A DNA stretch of 64,000 nucleotides from a bacterium (GTDB lineage Bacteria > Patescibacteriota > Patescibacteriia > SG8-24), in contig JBDRRB010000062.1 in the NCBI GenBank assembly GCA_043825985.1, positions 1,245-65,244 of the forward strand. Direction: 5' to 3'. A program made the translations under genes and the position numbers. The notes below the pieces were generated by a model, which saw only the letters and a program-made list of their open reading frames with translations, was not told where the DNA came from and ran no database searches. Shown here piece by piece: positions 40,716 to 50,076 of the stretch. How positions within the stretch are numbered: the stretch's first letter is position 1; each line of letters opens with the position of its first letter.

Positions 40716-42566
40716 CTACCCCAAGACTGCCTTGATCCTCCGCACTCCAGCCGAAGATGATTCCTCCTTCTTTATCCTGAAACCAACCAGCTCCCCGGTG
40801 TGCTCGACGTGCGGCCCGCCGCAGATCTCGACCGAGAAGTAGCCGTCTTCCGGCCGGCCGACGAAGTAGACCTTCACCTGGTCGCCCAGGGTGGCGTACT
40901 TGTCCTCAAATAGGCCGATCGCGCCGGCCGCCTTGGCCTCGGCCACGGTCATCATCTCGAAGTGCACCGGCAGGTCGGCGGTGATCGCCCCGTTGACGAT
41001 CCGCTCGACCTCGGCCTTCTGCTCGTCGGTCAGCTTCTCGCCGTGGGTGAAGTCGAACCGCAGCCGGTCCTGGGTGATGTTCGACCCCTTCTGCTCGACG
41101 TGCTCCCCCAGCACCTGCCGAAGCGCCCGGTGCAGCAGGTGGGTCGCCGTGTGCAGCCGCACCACTTCCTCGGAATGGTCGGCCAGTCCGCCGGCGAACT
41201 TCTGCTGGGCACCGCTGCGGGACAGTTCCTGATGGGCCTTGAATCGCTCCTCGAAGGCCGGCACGTCGACCGGCTTGCCCAACACCTCCTCGGTCAGCTC
41301 GCGCGGAAAGCCGAAAGTCTCGTACAGGTAGAAGGCCTCCTCGCCGGGAATCCGTTCGGCCGCCGCGTACTTCTCGCCCAGCTTCTGAGCCTGAACCAGC
41401 CCCTTCTCCAGGGCCTCGCCGAACTTCTTCTCCTCGGCGTCGAGTTCGGCCACGACACGCTGCTTGCGAGCGGCCAGGTCCGGATGCATCTCCTTGTAGA
41501 AGTCGACGATCGCCGCGCCCAGCCCTCCCAGGAAAGGCGTCTCCAGCCCCAACTGCCGCCCGTAGCGGAAGGCCCGCCGGATCAGCCGCCGGAGCACGTA
41601 GCCCTGATCCAAGTTGGAAGGCGTCACGCCGCGCTCGTCGCCCAGGATGAACACCGCCGCCCGCAGGTGATCGGCCACGATGCGCATCTGCCGGTCGGCT
41701 TCCTCCTCCTCGCCATAGTGCCGGTCGGTCCGCCACTCGATCTCGCCGATGACCGGCCGGAACAGGTCGGTCTCGAAGACGCTCCCCGCACTCTGCATGA
41801 TCATGGCCAACCGCTCGAACCCACCGCCGAAGTCGACGTTCTTCTGCTGCAGCGGCTCGAACTCCCCGGCCGCCGACTTGAAGTACTGCATGAAGACGTT
41901 ATTGCCGATCTCCAGGTAGCGTCCGCAGTCGCAGGACGGACGGCACATATATTCGCCAGACCAACCACCAAGATGTTTCTTCAGATCGCCCTCACCCACC
42001 GTATCGTAGTAGATCTCCGAGTCCGGACCACACGGCCCGGTTTGTCCGGCCGGACCCCACCAGTTCTCGTTCCGATCCAAGGCAAAAATGCGCCGCCCGA
42101 CTTCGGCTTCAATTCCGTGCGCAGCAAAGACCTTCTGCCAGATGGCGATCGCCTCCTCGTCTCGACCGACCGCCTCGTCGCCCTCAAACACGGTCGCATA
42201 AAGCCGATCGGCCGGCAGGCCCAACCCCTCTTCCTTGGAAGTAAGGAACTCGAAGGTCCAGCCGATCGCCTCCTCCTTGAAGTAGTCGCCGAGCGACCAG
42301 TTCCCGAGCATCTCGAAGAAGGTCAGGTGTCTGGCGTCGCCGATCTCGTCGATGTCCCCGGTCCGGATGCACTTCTGGAGGTTGACCAGACGCTTGCCCG
42401 CCGGATGGGTCTCGCCGAGCAGGTACGGCACCAGCGGATGCATGCCGGCCATGGTGAAGAGAGCCGTCGGATCGTTCTCCGGGATAAGCGAAGCCGACTG
42501 GATGACCGTATGGCCCCGCCGCCGAAAGAACTCGAGATAGCGCTGTCTGATTTCTGCTGACTTCAT
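40716..42566 (-). CDS. alaS: alanyl-tRNA synthetase, short form (catalytic, tRNA-recognition and editing domains; no C-Ala domain)
   Basis: AlaRS N-terminus (HTVIQSASLIPENDPTALFTMAGM). Editing-domain zinc motif HTATHLLH...CGGPHV. Only 616 aa. Confidence 0.88.
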   Translation of the reverse strand: MKSAEIRQRYLEFFRRRGHTVIQSASLIPENDPTALFTMAGMHPLVPYLLGETHPAGKRLVNLQKCIRTGDIDEIGDARHLTFFEMLGNWSLGDYFKEEAIGWTFEFLTSKEEGLGLPADRLYATVFEGDEAVGRDEEAIAIWQKVFAAHGIEAEVGRRIFALDRNENWWGPAGQTGPCGPDSEIYYDTVGEGDLKKHLGGWSGEYMCRPSCDCGRYLEIGNNVFMQYFKSAAGEFEPLQQKNVDFGGGFERLAMIMQSAGSVFETDLFRPVIGEIEWRTDRHYGEEEEADRQMRIVADHLRAAVFILGDERGVTPSNLDQGYVLRRLIRRAFRYGRQLGLETPFLGGLGAAIVDFYKEMHPDLAARKQRVVAELDAEEKKFGEALEKGLVQAQKLGEKYAAAERIPGEEAFYLYETFGFPRELTEEVLGKPVDVPAFEERFKAHQELSRSGAQQKFAGGLADHSEEVVRLHTATHLLHRALRQVLGEHVEQKGSNITQDRLRFDFTHGEKLTDEQKAEVERIVNGAITADLPVHFEMMTVAEAKAAGAIGLFEDKYATLGDQVKVYFVGRPEDGYFSVEICGGPHVEHTGELVGFRIKKEESSSAGVRRIKAVLG

Positions 42567-42638
42567 GGAAGGAGTATCAGGGACGGACTAAGGACGGCCA
42601 ACCCGATGCGACTAGAAAAAATCCGAACCAAGCCGTCG

Positions 42639-43259
42639 CTATGAACATTCGCCGGACATGTCGCCCAGGCAGCGCCAGTTGGCCTCGGTCCCGTTCAGGA
42701 AGATCCTGTAGCTGGGGCTGTACTGTCGAACGGTGGCCTCGATCTGTTCCTTGATCCGCGGATCGGCGCAGGTGCCCGGCGAATTCGCCTGGCCGCTGAT
42801 CCATACTTCGGTCACCCCGCCGTTCTCCTGCACCTTGTCCAGCTTGAAGGTCGACTCCCACAGCGAGTTGAGCATCGTCTCGTAGGTCGAGTCACGGGCT
42901 GCCAGAAGCGTGTTGACGGCGTCGGCCACCACGCTGTCGGTGGCGGTCTCGCGCGACAGGCGGACATATCCGATCCGGTCCAGACAGCCGAAGGTCTCGT
43001 CGGCCAGACGCTCCACTCCCTGAGCCGGCGGCTCATGCCCCTCGGTCAGCACGACCGCCACCGGCAGCAGGTTGGCCAGCTGGTCCTCGTCACGCCGCAC
43101 TCGGGCCGCCTCGTCAGCGGACAGCTCCTGGGCCGACTGCAGGGCATTCAGTTCATTTTCGACCTGATCGAGCGGGGTCGGCTGGATCTTGGGGCTGCAT
43201 CCCCAGCCGGCCAAGAGCAGGACGGACAGGCTGACGGCGACTAAACTTTTGGTGTTCAT
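42639..43259 (-). CDS. hypothetical secreted protein or lipoprotein
   Basis: Signal peptide MNTKSLVAVSLSVLLLAGWGCS. No family assigned with confidence. Confidence 0.45.
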   Translation of the reverse strand: MNTKSLVAVSLSVLLLAGWGCSPKIQPTPLDQVENELNALQSAQELSADEAARVRRDEDQLANLLPVAVVLTEGHEPPAQGVERLADETFGCLDRIGYVRLSRETATDSVVADAVNTLLAARDSTYETMLNSLWESTFKLDKVQENGGVTEVWISGQANSPGTCADPRIKEQIEATVRQYSPSYRIFLNGTEANWRCLGDMSGECS

Positions 43260-43399
43260 ATGCGAATCAAAAATGGCTTTTTATAGGTATTGGCCCTCAA
43301 ACCTTAGCCCAAACATTTGACTTCGACAACATTAACGACAAAGGACCCCACCGAAGTGGGATCCTTTTAAAAAGGAGGGGGCAATCGAGCGGTGCGGTC

Positions 43400-43696
43400 C
43401 TACGACCGCCTGCCGCCCGGCTTCAGCCAATACATGACCGCCGCCACGATGAAGGCGACGGAGAGAATGCCTGTCGCCACCCCGAACGCCAAGAAATGGG
43501 CACTCTCCACGGAGTGCCGGTTCATGACGAACACGACCGCGGCTGCCGCACAGCAAACCGCTGAACCGAACAGGGCAAGCGGAAAATACTTGCTCTCCAG
43601 TCCCTCCCAGATAGGTCTTGTCGGCCGCAAGACCCACACAAAAATGGCCAAGGACAGAAGCAGGGCCGCCAGGGCCCAAGTTGGATTTATTTCCAT
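43400..43696 (-). CDS. hypothetical small membrane protein
   Basis: 98 aa with three hydrophobic helices. Confidence 0.4.
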   Translation of the reverse strand: MEINPTWALAALLLSLAIFVWVLRPTRPIWEGLESKYFPLALFGSAVCCAAAAVVFVMNRHSVESAHFLAFGVATGILSVAFIVAAVMYWLKPGGRRS

Positions 43697-43779
43697 CTCG
43701 ACCTCTTTCTGCCCAACCTGTTGCCAGCTGGACCGAGCAGCATAGCAAAAAAAAAGATTTTGTCAATGCTGCACGGCAA

Positions 43780-44880
43780 TCAGTTCTTTGTCCGCGCAAT
43801 CTTCCCGCCGCCCAGGCATTCCTCGCCGGAGTAGAAGACGACGAACTGACCCGGCGAGACGGCCCGCTGCGGTTCTGGGAACTGCACTTCAATTTGCCCG
43901 TCCTCCTGTCCGGCCGTGACCGTGCACTCCTGCAGCGGCTGCCTATGACGAATTCGCGCCCGACAACGCAGCGGCAGCTCCGGCACTTGGCCGGCCACCC
44001 AACGCAGGTCATCAGCAATCAGACCGTCGGCATACAGTTCGCTCGGGTCTTCGCCTTGGGCCACGATCAAAGTATTACGACCAACATCCTTCTCCACAAC
44101 AAAGTAGGCCCGACCGTCGCTCAAACCCAACCCGCGTCGCTGACCGATGGTATACGGACCGATGCCGCCGTGCCGACCGACCACCCGACCGTCGACGGTG
44201 ACGATCGGCCCGGGCCGTCCGTCCGGCAGCCGCTCCATCAGGAACCGCCGGAAGTCGACGTCGCCGACGAAGCACAGTCCGACGCTGTCCTTCTTCTCGG
44301 CCGTCGGCAGCCCGAGCTCCCGGGCCAGCTCTCGCACCTGCGGCTTGGCCAAGCCGCCGACCGGAAACTCGACGTGCGCCAGCTGTCCCTGACTCAGGCG
44401 ATGCAGGAAGTACGTCTGATCCTTGTTGCCGTCCTCGGCGGCCAGCAGCCTGATTCCCGCAGTCGAGCCACCGTCGAGCCGGGCGTAATGGCCGGTCGCC
44501 ACGGCATCGGCCCCGCCTTCGAGCGCACGGCGCAGGAACGGGCCGAACTTGACCTTCTCGTTGCACAGCACGTCCGGATTTGGAGTCCGGCCGGAGGCAT
44601 ACTCGTCGATCATGTAGCAGTACACGTCACGCCGGTAGTCGTCCTCGAAGTCCCAGGTCTCCAGTCCGATCCCCAGCCGATCGGCCACGGCCGCCGCATC
44701 CTCGCGCTCGTTGCGCCAGCCGCACTCGACCGATCCGTCAGTCGCACCGGTCCAGTTGCGCATGAACACGCCCCGCACGTCATGCCCGGCCCGGACCAAA
44801 AGCGCGGCGGCGACGCTCGAGTCGACACCGCCGGACATCCCGACCACGACCTTCTTTTTTACCGCAGATGCTTCGGCCAT
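43780..44880 (-). CDS. mnmA: tRNA-specific 2-thiouridylase MnmA
   Basis: PP-loop VVVGMSGGVDSSVAA. Start at internal Met (MAEASAVKKK, nt 44880), chosen over the longer ORF. Confidence 0.9.
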   Translation of the reverse strand: MAEASAVKKKVVVGMSGGVDSSVAAALLVRAGHDVRGVFMRNWTGATDGSVECGWRNEREDAAAVADRLGIGLETWDFEDDYRRDVYCYMIDEYASGRTPNPDVLCNEKVKFGPFLRRALEGGADAVATGHYARLDGGSTAGIRLLAAEDGNKDQTYFLHRLSQGQLAHVEFPVGGLAKPQVRELARELGLPTAEKKDSVGLCFVGDVDFRRFLMERLPDGRPGPIVTVDGRVVGRHGGIGPYTIGQRRGLGLSDGRAYFVVEKDVGRNTLIVAQGEDPSELYADGLIADDLRWVAGQVPELPLRCRARIRHRQPLQECTVTAGQEDGQIEVQFPEPQRAVSPGQFVVFYSGEECLGGGKIARTKN

Positions 44881-45030
44881 AGTCAGACAGGCTAGCACGG
44901 ACGGACGAACGCAACAAGGTGCGACCCGGCCGTCGCTCTCGGGCCGCAAACCAGCCCGCCGACCAAAAACCGCCGTGGACCGGATTCGATCGGCACACGA
45001 CGGTTTTGAAACCGTATCCATCCCAACGAT

Positions 45031-47106
45031 TCAGAACTTTACGGTCTGCCCGGGATCAAGCGGCTTGGGACCGGCGGACGAATCGTCGCGGTCCGGGTCA
45101 GGCTTCTTCAGTTCCGCCGCCGGAGCCTGCCCGGCCGGACGGCCTTTCTGGACGGAACTCGATCCGACATCGGAGGGGCCGCTCGCCTTCATCCTGCCGT
45201 CGTCCTCGGGCCGCTTCGTCTCCCGGCTGACGTTCGTGTCGCTGCCCGACGGCTTGAGCGCCGAGAGCGACAGGCCTTCCGGCTCCGACGCTCCAGACTC
45301 GTCGGCCTTGGCATTCGATGTGTCTGCGTCGCGTGCCGCCGACGGCCGCGGCTGAACCTTCACCATCGGACGGACGTCGCGCCGAGGTCCCCTCCCTCCG
45401 CCGGTCCGGGCAGACCTGTTTCCGCCGGACGGACGGGCTGCAGGACGACTCTCGGAGACGACAGGGGTCACGCTTGCCGACGGCTGGTTCTCGACCGACG
45501 TCGGTGCCGGCTTGGGCAGGACCTTGACCGGCAACGGCTTGCCGCGCATGTCCAAGTGATTCTTGCAGAACCACGGCTTGGTCCAGTCCGGCTCGAAGGT
45601 CAGGTGCTGCATCTCGCCGCAGACCGAGCAGGGTATCTCGAACTTGGCATCCTTTTTCTTCTTCGACTCCGACACCGGCGGCTCCTTGACCTTTGGCGAC
45701 GAATCCTGCAGTCGCTTCAGTTCCTCCAGACCGACACCGATCTCCTTGGCCGCGGACAGTATATCGTTCTCGGCGTCGTTCTCCTTGTCCTCGCCCGGCG
45801 CCAGTCCGCTCCAGCGCACGACCTTGTCCTCGATCGTGGCTTTGGGACGCGAGTATCTCTCGCGAGAGACACGGATAACCTTTTCGGTGCTGCCGGTGGA
45901 GTCGGCGACCGGAGGCAGGGTCGAAGCGGAAAACGGTTCCGAGGCCGCACCGTCGATCATCAGCTTCAGGTAGATGTCGTGCTTCCTGAGATTCACCAGG
46001 TCCTCCGGCGTGAAGGTCGGCATGAACTCCTGCTCCATGAAGGTGGCGTCCGCCGCACCGACCCGGAAGGTGATGATCGACCCGACGTTGCCGAAGATCG
46101 CCGCCCGGGTCACCTCGTCCATCTGCTCGATGTACTGGTGGGCGACCATCAGGTTCAGCCGGTACTTGCGGGCCTCGGACAGGATGCTGGCGAAGGACTC
46201 GTTGGCGAAGTTCTGAAACTCGTCGACGTACAGGTAGAAGTCCTGCCGGTCCTTCTCCGGCGTGTCCACGCGTTCCATGACCGTCATCTGCAGCTTGGTG
46301 ATGAGCATGCCGCCCAATAGACGCATGTTTTCCTCGCCGACCATGCCCTTGGACAGGTTGACCAGAAGTATCTTGCGCGTATCCATGATGTCCCTGAGGT
46401 CGATGGTCGACTTCACCTGGGCGACGACGTTGCGGATAATGCGCGACGACAGGAACTGGCCGACCTTGTTCTGCACCGGAGCGATCGCCTCGGTCCGATA
46501 CTTGTCCTGCCAGGACATGAACTCCTTGACCCAAAAAGTCTTGACCACCGGATCCTGGATGAGGGAAATGACCCGACGCCGATACTCGTCGTCCACCAAG
46601 ATGCGTGTAATCCCCAAAAGCGACGAGCCTGGAGCGTCCAGGAGCGCCAGGATGGTGTTCATCAGGATGTACTCCATGCGCGGCGACCAGACGTCCGGCC
46701 AGATCTTCTTGAACACGCCCATCAGTCCGGAGGCGATCAGGTGCTTCTGCCGGTCATCCTTTACCTCGAAGATGTTAAAGCCGATCGGATGGTCGACGTC
46801 GCTCGGGTTGAAATAAACCACGTCATTGATACGGCTGGCCGGTATGTAGTCGAGCATGGTCTGGGCCGTGTCGCCGTGCGGATCGATGTAGCACAGCCCG
46901 TGACCGGCATGAATATCGGACAGCACGAAATTCTCGATCAGCGTGGTCTTTCCCATGCCGGTCTTCCCGATGATGTAGATGTGCTTGCGGCGGTCGTCGG
47001 TCCGAATGCCGAACTTCCGTTCCTGATTTCGAAAGTTGGACTTGGCAAACACGGTCACCTCATTCTCGTGGTCGTGGTCGTAGGGCTGTACCGAAAAACC
47101 GGTCAT
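45031..47106 (-). CDS. soluble TraD/VirD4/TrwB-like (type IV coupling protein family) ATPase with long disordered C-terminal tail
   Basis: Walker A IIGKTGMGKTT. YIDPHGD. Walker B LYVDEFQNF. The T4CP-type block EARKYRLNLMVAHQYIEQM. No N-terminal TM. The last ~230 aa are Pro/Ser/Lys-rich and include CSVCGEMQH...CKNH. Confidence 0.65.
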   Translation of the reverse strand: MTGFSVQPYDHDHENEVTVFAKSNFRNQERKFGIRTDDRRKHIYIIGKTGMGKTTLIENFVLSDIHAGHGLCYIDPHGDTAQTMLDYIPASRINDVVYFNPSDVDHPIGFNIFEVKDDRQKHLIASGLMGVFKKIWPDVWSPRMEYILMNTILALLDAPGSSLLGITRILVDDEYRRRVISLIQDPVVKTFWVKEFMSWQDKYRTEAIAPVQNKVGQFLSSRIIRNVVAQVKSTIDLRDIMDTRKILLVNLSKGMVGEENMRLLGGMLITKLQMTVMERVDTPEKDRQDFYLYVDEFQNFANESFASILSEARKYRLNLMVAHQYIEQMDEVTRAAIFGNVGSIITFRVGAADATFMEQEFMPTFTPEDLVNLRKHDIYLKLMIDGAASEPFSASTLPPVADSTGSTEKVIRVSRERYSRPKATIEDKVVRWSGLAPGEDKENDAENDILSAAKEIGVGLEELKRLQDSSPKVKEPPVSESKKKKDAKFEIPCSVCGEMQHLTFEPDWTKPWFCKNHLDMRGKPLPVKVLPKPAPTSVENQPSASVTPVVSESRPAARPSGGNRSARTGGGRGPRRDVRPMVKVQPRPSAARDADTSNAKADESGASEPEGLSLSALKPSGSDTNVSRETKRPEDDGRMKASGPSDVGSSSVQKGRPAGQAPAAELKKPDPDRDDSSAGPKPLDPGQTVKF

Positions 47107-47126
47107 AGTTGTCCGAAAGGTTGATA

Positions 47127-48629
47127 CTAGGCGAGCGGCAGGTTGTCCGGCGGGGATCCGGCCGGACCGGAATCCGATTCCGACTCACGTCGGATCGGCT
47201 TAAAGAAGCTGTTCTCGTCTTCCCCCACTGTCGGCAGGCCGGCCGGCGGCTCGGCGCGCTTGGCGTCCGTCTTCTTGAGCAGCGGGGTCTTCTGGTCGCG
47301 CATCGGGAAGTGGTACAGAGTGGCCAGTTCCTCGGTATTGAGGACAAAAGCGGTCGCACCGGCACCGCTGCTACGGTTGCTGTAATTCCTGACCAGACGT
47401 GTCTTTCGATCCGGCTCCGACCAGCGCTGATAGAAATAGTCGCCTTTCGGGGTCACCTTTCCGTAGGGCTTCAGCTCATTCAGGTTGAGCGACGAGAACT
47501 GGGCAAAGGAACCCTTGACCGAAGTAAAGTGCTTCTTGGAAAAGATGTTCCGTCGTCCGGCGTAGACGATCCTGATCTTGGTGTCGAAACCGATCTTGGT
47601 CAGCTTCATCTGTGCCGCCTCGACCACCCCGCGCTCGCCGGGACTCATGGCCAGCATCTTGAGCGGTTCCTCCTTGCTGGCCGGAGCGGCCGACGGACCG
47701 GAAGTGAGCAGACTACCGAACTCCTTGACCACGCCCTTCGGCAGCCATAAGGCCTCGTCGATGACCGATTTTTTCGGCGGTGCCTTTCGGCCGAGCATCT
47801 TCTCGATCTCCTTGATTCCCTTGGCCCGCCATCCGCCGTCGTTCGGCTTGACCAGGAACTGTACCCAAAGCTGCTCACCGGTCTTAAGCGAGGCCATAAT
47901 CTCGAGCAGGGCGGAAATCGGATCCTTGAAGGGATACTCGGCCGAAGTGTGCTCGAACTGCGGATAGGTCCTGAGCGGCAGATGCGAAGGCTTCTTGAGC
48001 ACCAGCTCGGATCCGAATATGTCCCATTCCTGATCGGGATACCTGGACGGGATAGTGTGGGTGTAGTCGGCCACCTCGACTATCTCCGCGTCCGGATACT
48101 GCGCGTAGACGGCCGACTCGACCAGGTCACGGTACTTGGTCCAGGTATGGACCAAAAACTGGACATAGCCGTTGATGGAGACGATCTCGAAACTGAACGT
48201 CGGCTGAAACTTTCCAAGCCAGTACTTCTCGAACTTGTCCAGGCCGGAATAGGCGCCGGAAATCGTGCTGAAGATCTGCTCGACCGCCTTGACCGTCTGC
48301 TCGTTCTGCCGGGGCACATCGATGGCCAAGAGGCAAGTGGTGATGGTGGCCGCAAACTTGTTCTGACGCCACTGCACCCACAGCAGCCAGCCGCCCCTCA
48401 GCAGAACCAACAGCATCGGCAGCCAGCCGCCGTCAATAAAAAGCCGCAGCATCATCTGCGGAAACGACATGCTGCCCAGTTCGAAAAAATAACCGAAATT
48501 TACGCTGATGGCCGGCATTGCTGGGTTGAGCAAAAAATTAATGGTACCGACCGAGTGGTACAGGAGCATGATAACACGGACCCCGTGCCTTGAAAAGAAA
48601 ATTGAGGCCAAGGAAGGACCGACGGACAA
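47127..48629 (-). CDS. hypothetical membrane protein (2 N-terminal TM helices plus a ~400-aa soluble domain), immediately upstream of the T4CP-like ATPase
   Basis: TM segments VRVIMLLYHSVGTINFLL and GGWLPMLLVLLRGGWLLW. The rest has no recognisable motifs. A 20-nt gap separates it from the ATPase gene. Confidence 0.55.
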   Translation of the reverse strand: MSVGPSLASIFFSRHGVRVIMLLYHSVGTINFLLNPAMPAISVNFGYFFELGSMSFPQMMLRLFIDGGWLPMLLVLLRGGWLLWVQWRQNKFAATITTCLLAIDVPRQNEQTVKAVEQIFSTISGAYSGLDKFEKYWLGKFQPTFSFEIVSINGYVQFLVHTWTKYRDLVESAVYAQYPDAEIVEVADYTHTIPSRYPDQEWDIFGSELVLKKPSHLPLRTYPQFEHTSAEYPFKDPISALLEIMASLKTGEQLWVQFLVKPNDGGWRAKGIKEIEKMLGRKAPPKKSVIDEALWLPKGVVKEFGSLLTSGPSAAPASKEEPLKMLAMSPGERGVVEAAQMKLTKIGFDTKIRIVYAGRRNIFSKKHFTSVKGSFAQFSSLNLNELKPYGKVTPKGDYFYQRWSEPDRKTRLVRNYSNRSSGAGATAFVLNTEELATLYHFPMRDQKTPLLKKTDAKRAEPPAGLPTVGEDENSFFKPIRRESESDSGPAGSPPDNLPLA

Positions 48630-48785
48630 AATCGACGGAAAAGAAAAGCACGGACCGGTTTCGGACCGTGCGACGCTCGAGAAAGTGACGGCGAACAGAA
48701 ATCACATTTTGCCGCAGAATTGTCGATCCAGTTGTATTGACAGAAACGCCGTGACTGCCTAACCTAACTCCTCGTAGGAGGAACG

Positions 48786-49088
48786 ATGAACCCAACTGCT
48801 GACCACCGAAACAGGTGGTGGCTCGAGTTCAGGGCCTGGCTCTCATCCTGTACCCTGACCTTCGGACAGAGCGTCATCCTGGAAATTGACGCCGAACAGG
48901 GTGACGGTCCGTGCGGCTACCGCACCACGCCAGTCAAGGAGAAAGAAGTCGTCACGACGACCGTTAGGGCCGAAGAGGACGGCTCCGGCCTAAAGAGATC
49001 GATGACCTCGTTTCTGCGCTGGACGATGGTCATCCTGTCGATCGCAGCCATACCCCTGATCGTCTTTATCTTCCTGATCCATCGCTGA
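48786..49088 (+). CDS. hypothetical small protein with C-terminal TM helix
   Basis: 100 aa. C-terminal MVILSIAAIPLIVFIFLI. Divergent from the membrane protein gene. Followed by a bidirectional terminator. Confidence 0.35.
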   Translation: MNPTADHRNRWWLEFRAWLSSCTLTFGQSVILEIDAEQGDGPCGYRTTPVKEKEVVTTTVRAEEDGSGLKRSMTSFLRWTMVILSIAAIPLIVFIFLIHR

Positions 49089-49119
49089 CAACCGAGACCG
49101 ATCCGGCCGAAAGACGTCT

Positions 49120-49155
49120 CAAATCAAAAAACCCGCCTCGACTGAGGCGGATTCT
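49120..49155. terminator. bidirectional terminator between the small + strand ORF and secF
   Basis: aaaaaacccgcctcgactgaggcggattctttttt. Confidence 0.7.
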
Positions 49156-49169
49156 TTTTTCTGTCGCGT

Positions 49170-50063
49170 TCAGTTCCTGGACCGTTTCTGGAACACGACC
49201 AGCAGCGGCGAGGCCAGGAAGATCGAGGAGTAGGTTCCGGCAACCAGTCCGATGATCAGCGCCAGGGCGAACCAGCGTAGGCTCTCCCCTCCCCAGACGT
49301 AGATGGCGACGAGCGGCAGGAGGGTGGTCAGGGTGGTGTTGATCGAACGGGCCAACGTCTCGTTGACGCTACGCTCGACGATCTCCTCGAACGTGCCATG
49401 ACCCTTGAGCAGGTTCTCGCGCACCCGATCGAAGACGACGATGGTATCGTGGACCGAGAAGCCCAGCACGGTCAGCATGGCGGCGACGAAGGCCGAATTG
49501 ATCTCGACCATCATCACCCGACCGAGCACGGCGAATACGCCGAGCGGGATCAGGACGTCGTGGAACAGCGCGGCGATGAGCGTGGTGATGCCGTACTTCC
49601 AGGACGCGACCGGCCGCGAGACCTTGCGGAAGGCGTAGGCGACGTAGGAGGCGATGCCCAGCAGGACCAGCGACAGCGACCAGACCGCCTTGTTGCTCAT
49701 TTCCGAACCGATGGACGGACCGATCGACTCGAAGCGAAGCTCCTCCAGTCCGGGATAGCTCTCCTGCAGGCCGGACACCAGGGCCTGATGGGGCTCCTCG
49801 TCCATGCCCGGCAGCCTGATCAGCATCTTGTCTTCGCCCAACGGCTGAACCGACACGTCGGTATAGCCGCTCTCCGCCAGACGTTCGTTCATCTCCTGGA
49901 CTATCGGCCGCTCGGCGGCGAACCGCAGCTCCATCAGCGCTCCCCCGGTGAAGTCGATGCCCAGGCGGAGCGGAAACATCACCAGTGCGGCGACACTCGC
50001 GACCACCAGCAGGCCGGAGAAGATGAACCAGACCTTACGGTACTTGATGATTGGGTAAGTCAT
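49170..50063 (-). CDS. secF: protein translocase subunit SecF
   Basis: SecF N-terminus (KVWFIFSGLLVVASVAALVMFPLRLGIDFTGGALMELRF) and the six-TM SecDF fold. Confidence 0.92.
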   Translation of the reverse strand: MTYPIIKYRKVWFIFSGLLVVASVAALVMFPLRLGIDFTGGALMELRFAAERPIVQEMNERLAESGYTDVSVQPLGEDKMLIRLPGMDEEPHQALVSGLQESYPGLEELRFESIGPSIGSEMSNKAVWSLSLVLLGIASYVAYAFRKVSRPVASWKYGITTLIAALFHDVLIPLGVFAVLGRVMMVEINSAFVAAMLTVLGFSVHDTIVVFDRVRENLLKGHGTFEEIVERSVNETLARSINTTLTTLLPLVAIYVWGGESLRWFALALIIGLVAGTYSSIFLASPLLVVFQKRSRN

Positions 50064-50076
50064 AGTCTTGCGGCCC

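Noticed and set aside
40962-42560. 532-aa + strand ORF and 276-aa minus alternate frame over alaS
   Set aside because: Antisense or alternate frame of alaS. Arg/Leu/Pro-rich.
43618-45021. 425-aa + strand ORF antisense to mnmA, and the 47-codon 5' extension of mnmA
   Set aside because: MnmA has the PP-loop in the chosen frame starting at Met 44880. The extension is Cys/Arg-rich without an SD.
45098-46534. 478-aa alternate minus frame and several + frames within the T4CP-like ATPase gene
   Set aside because: The selected frame carries Walker A/B and T4CP motifs. The others are Arg/Gly-rich.
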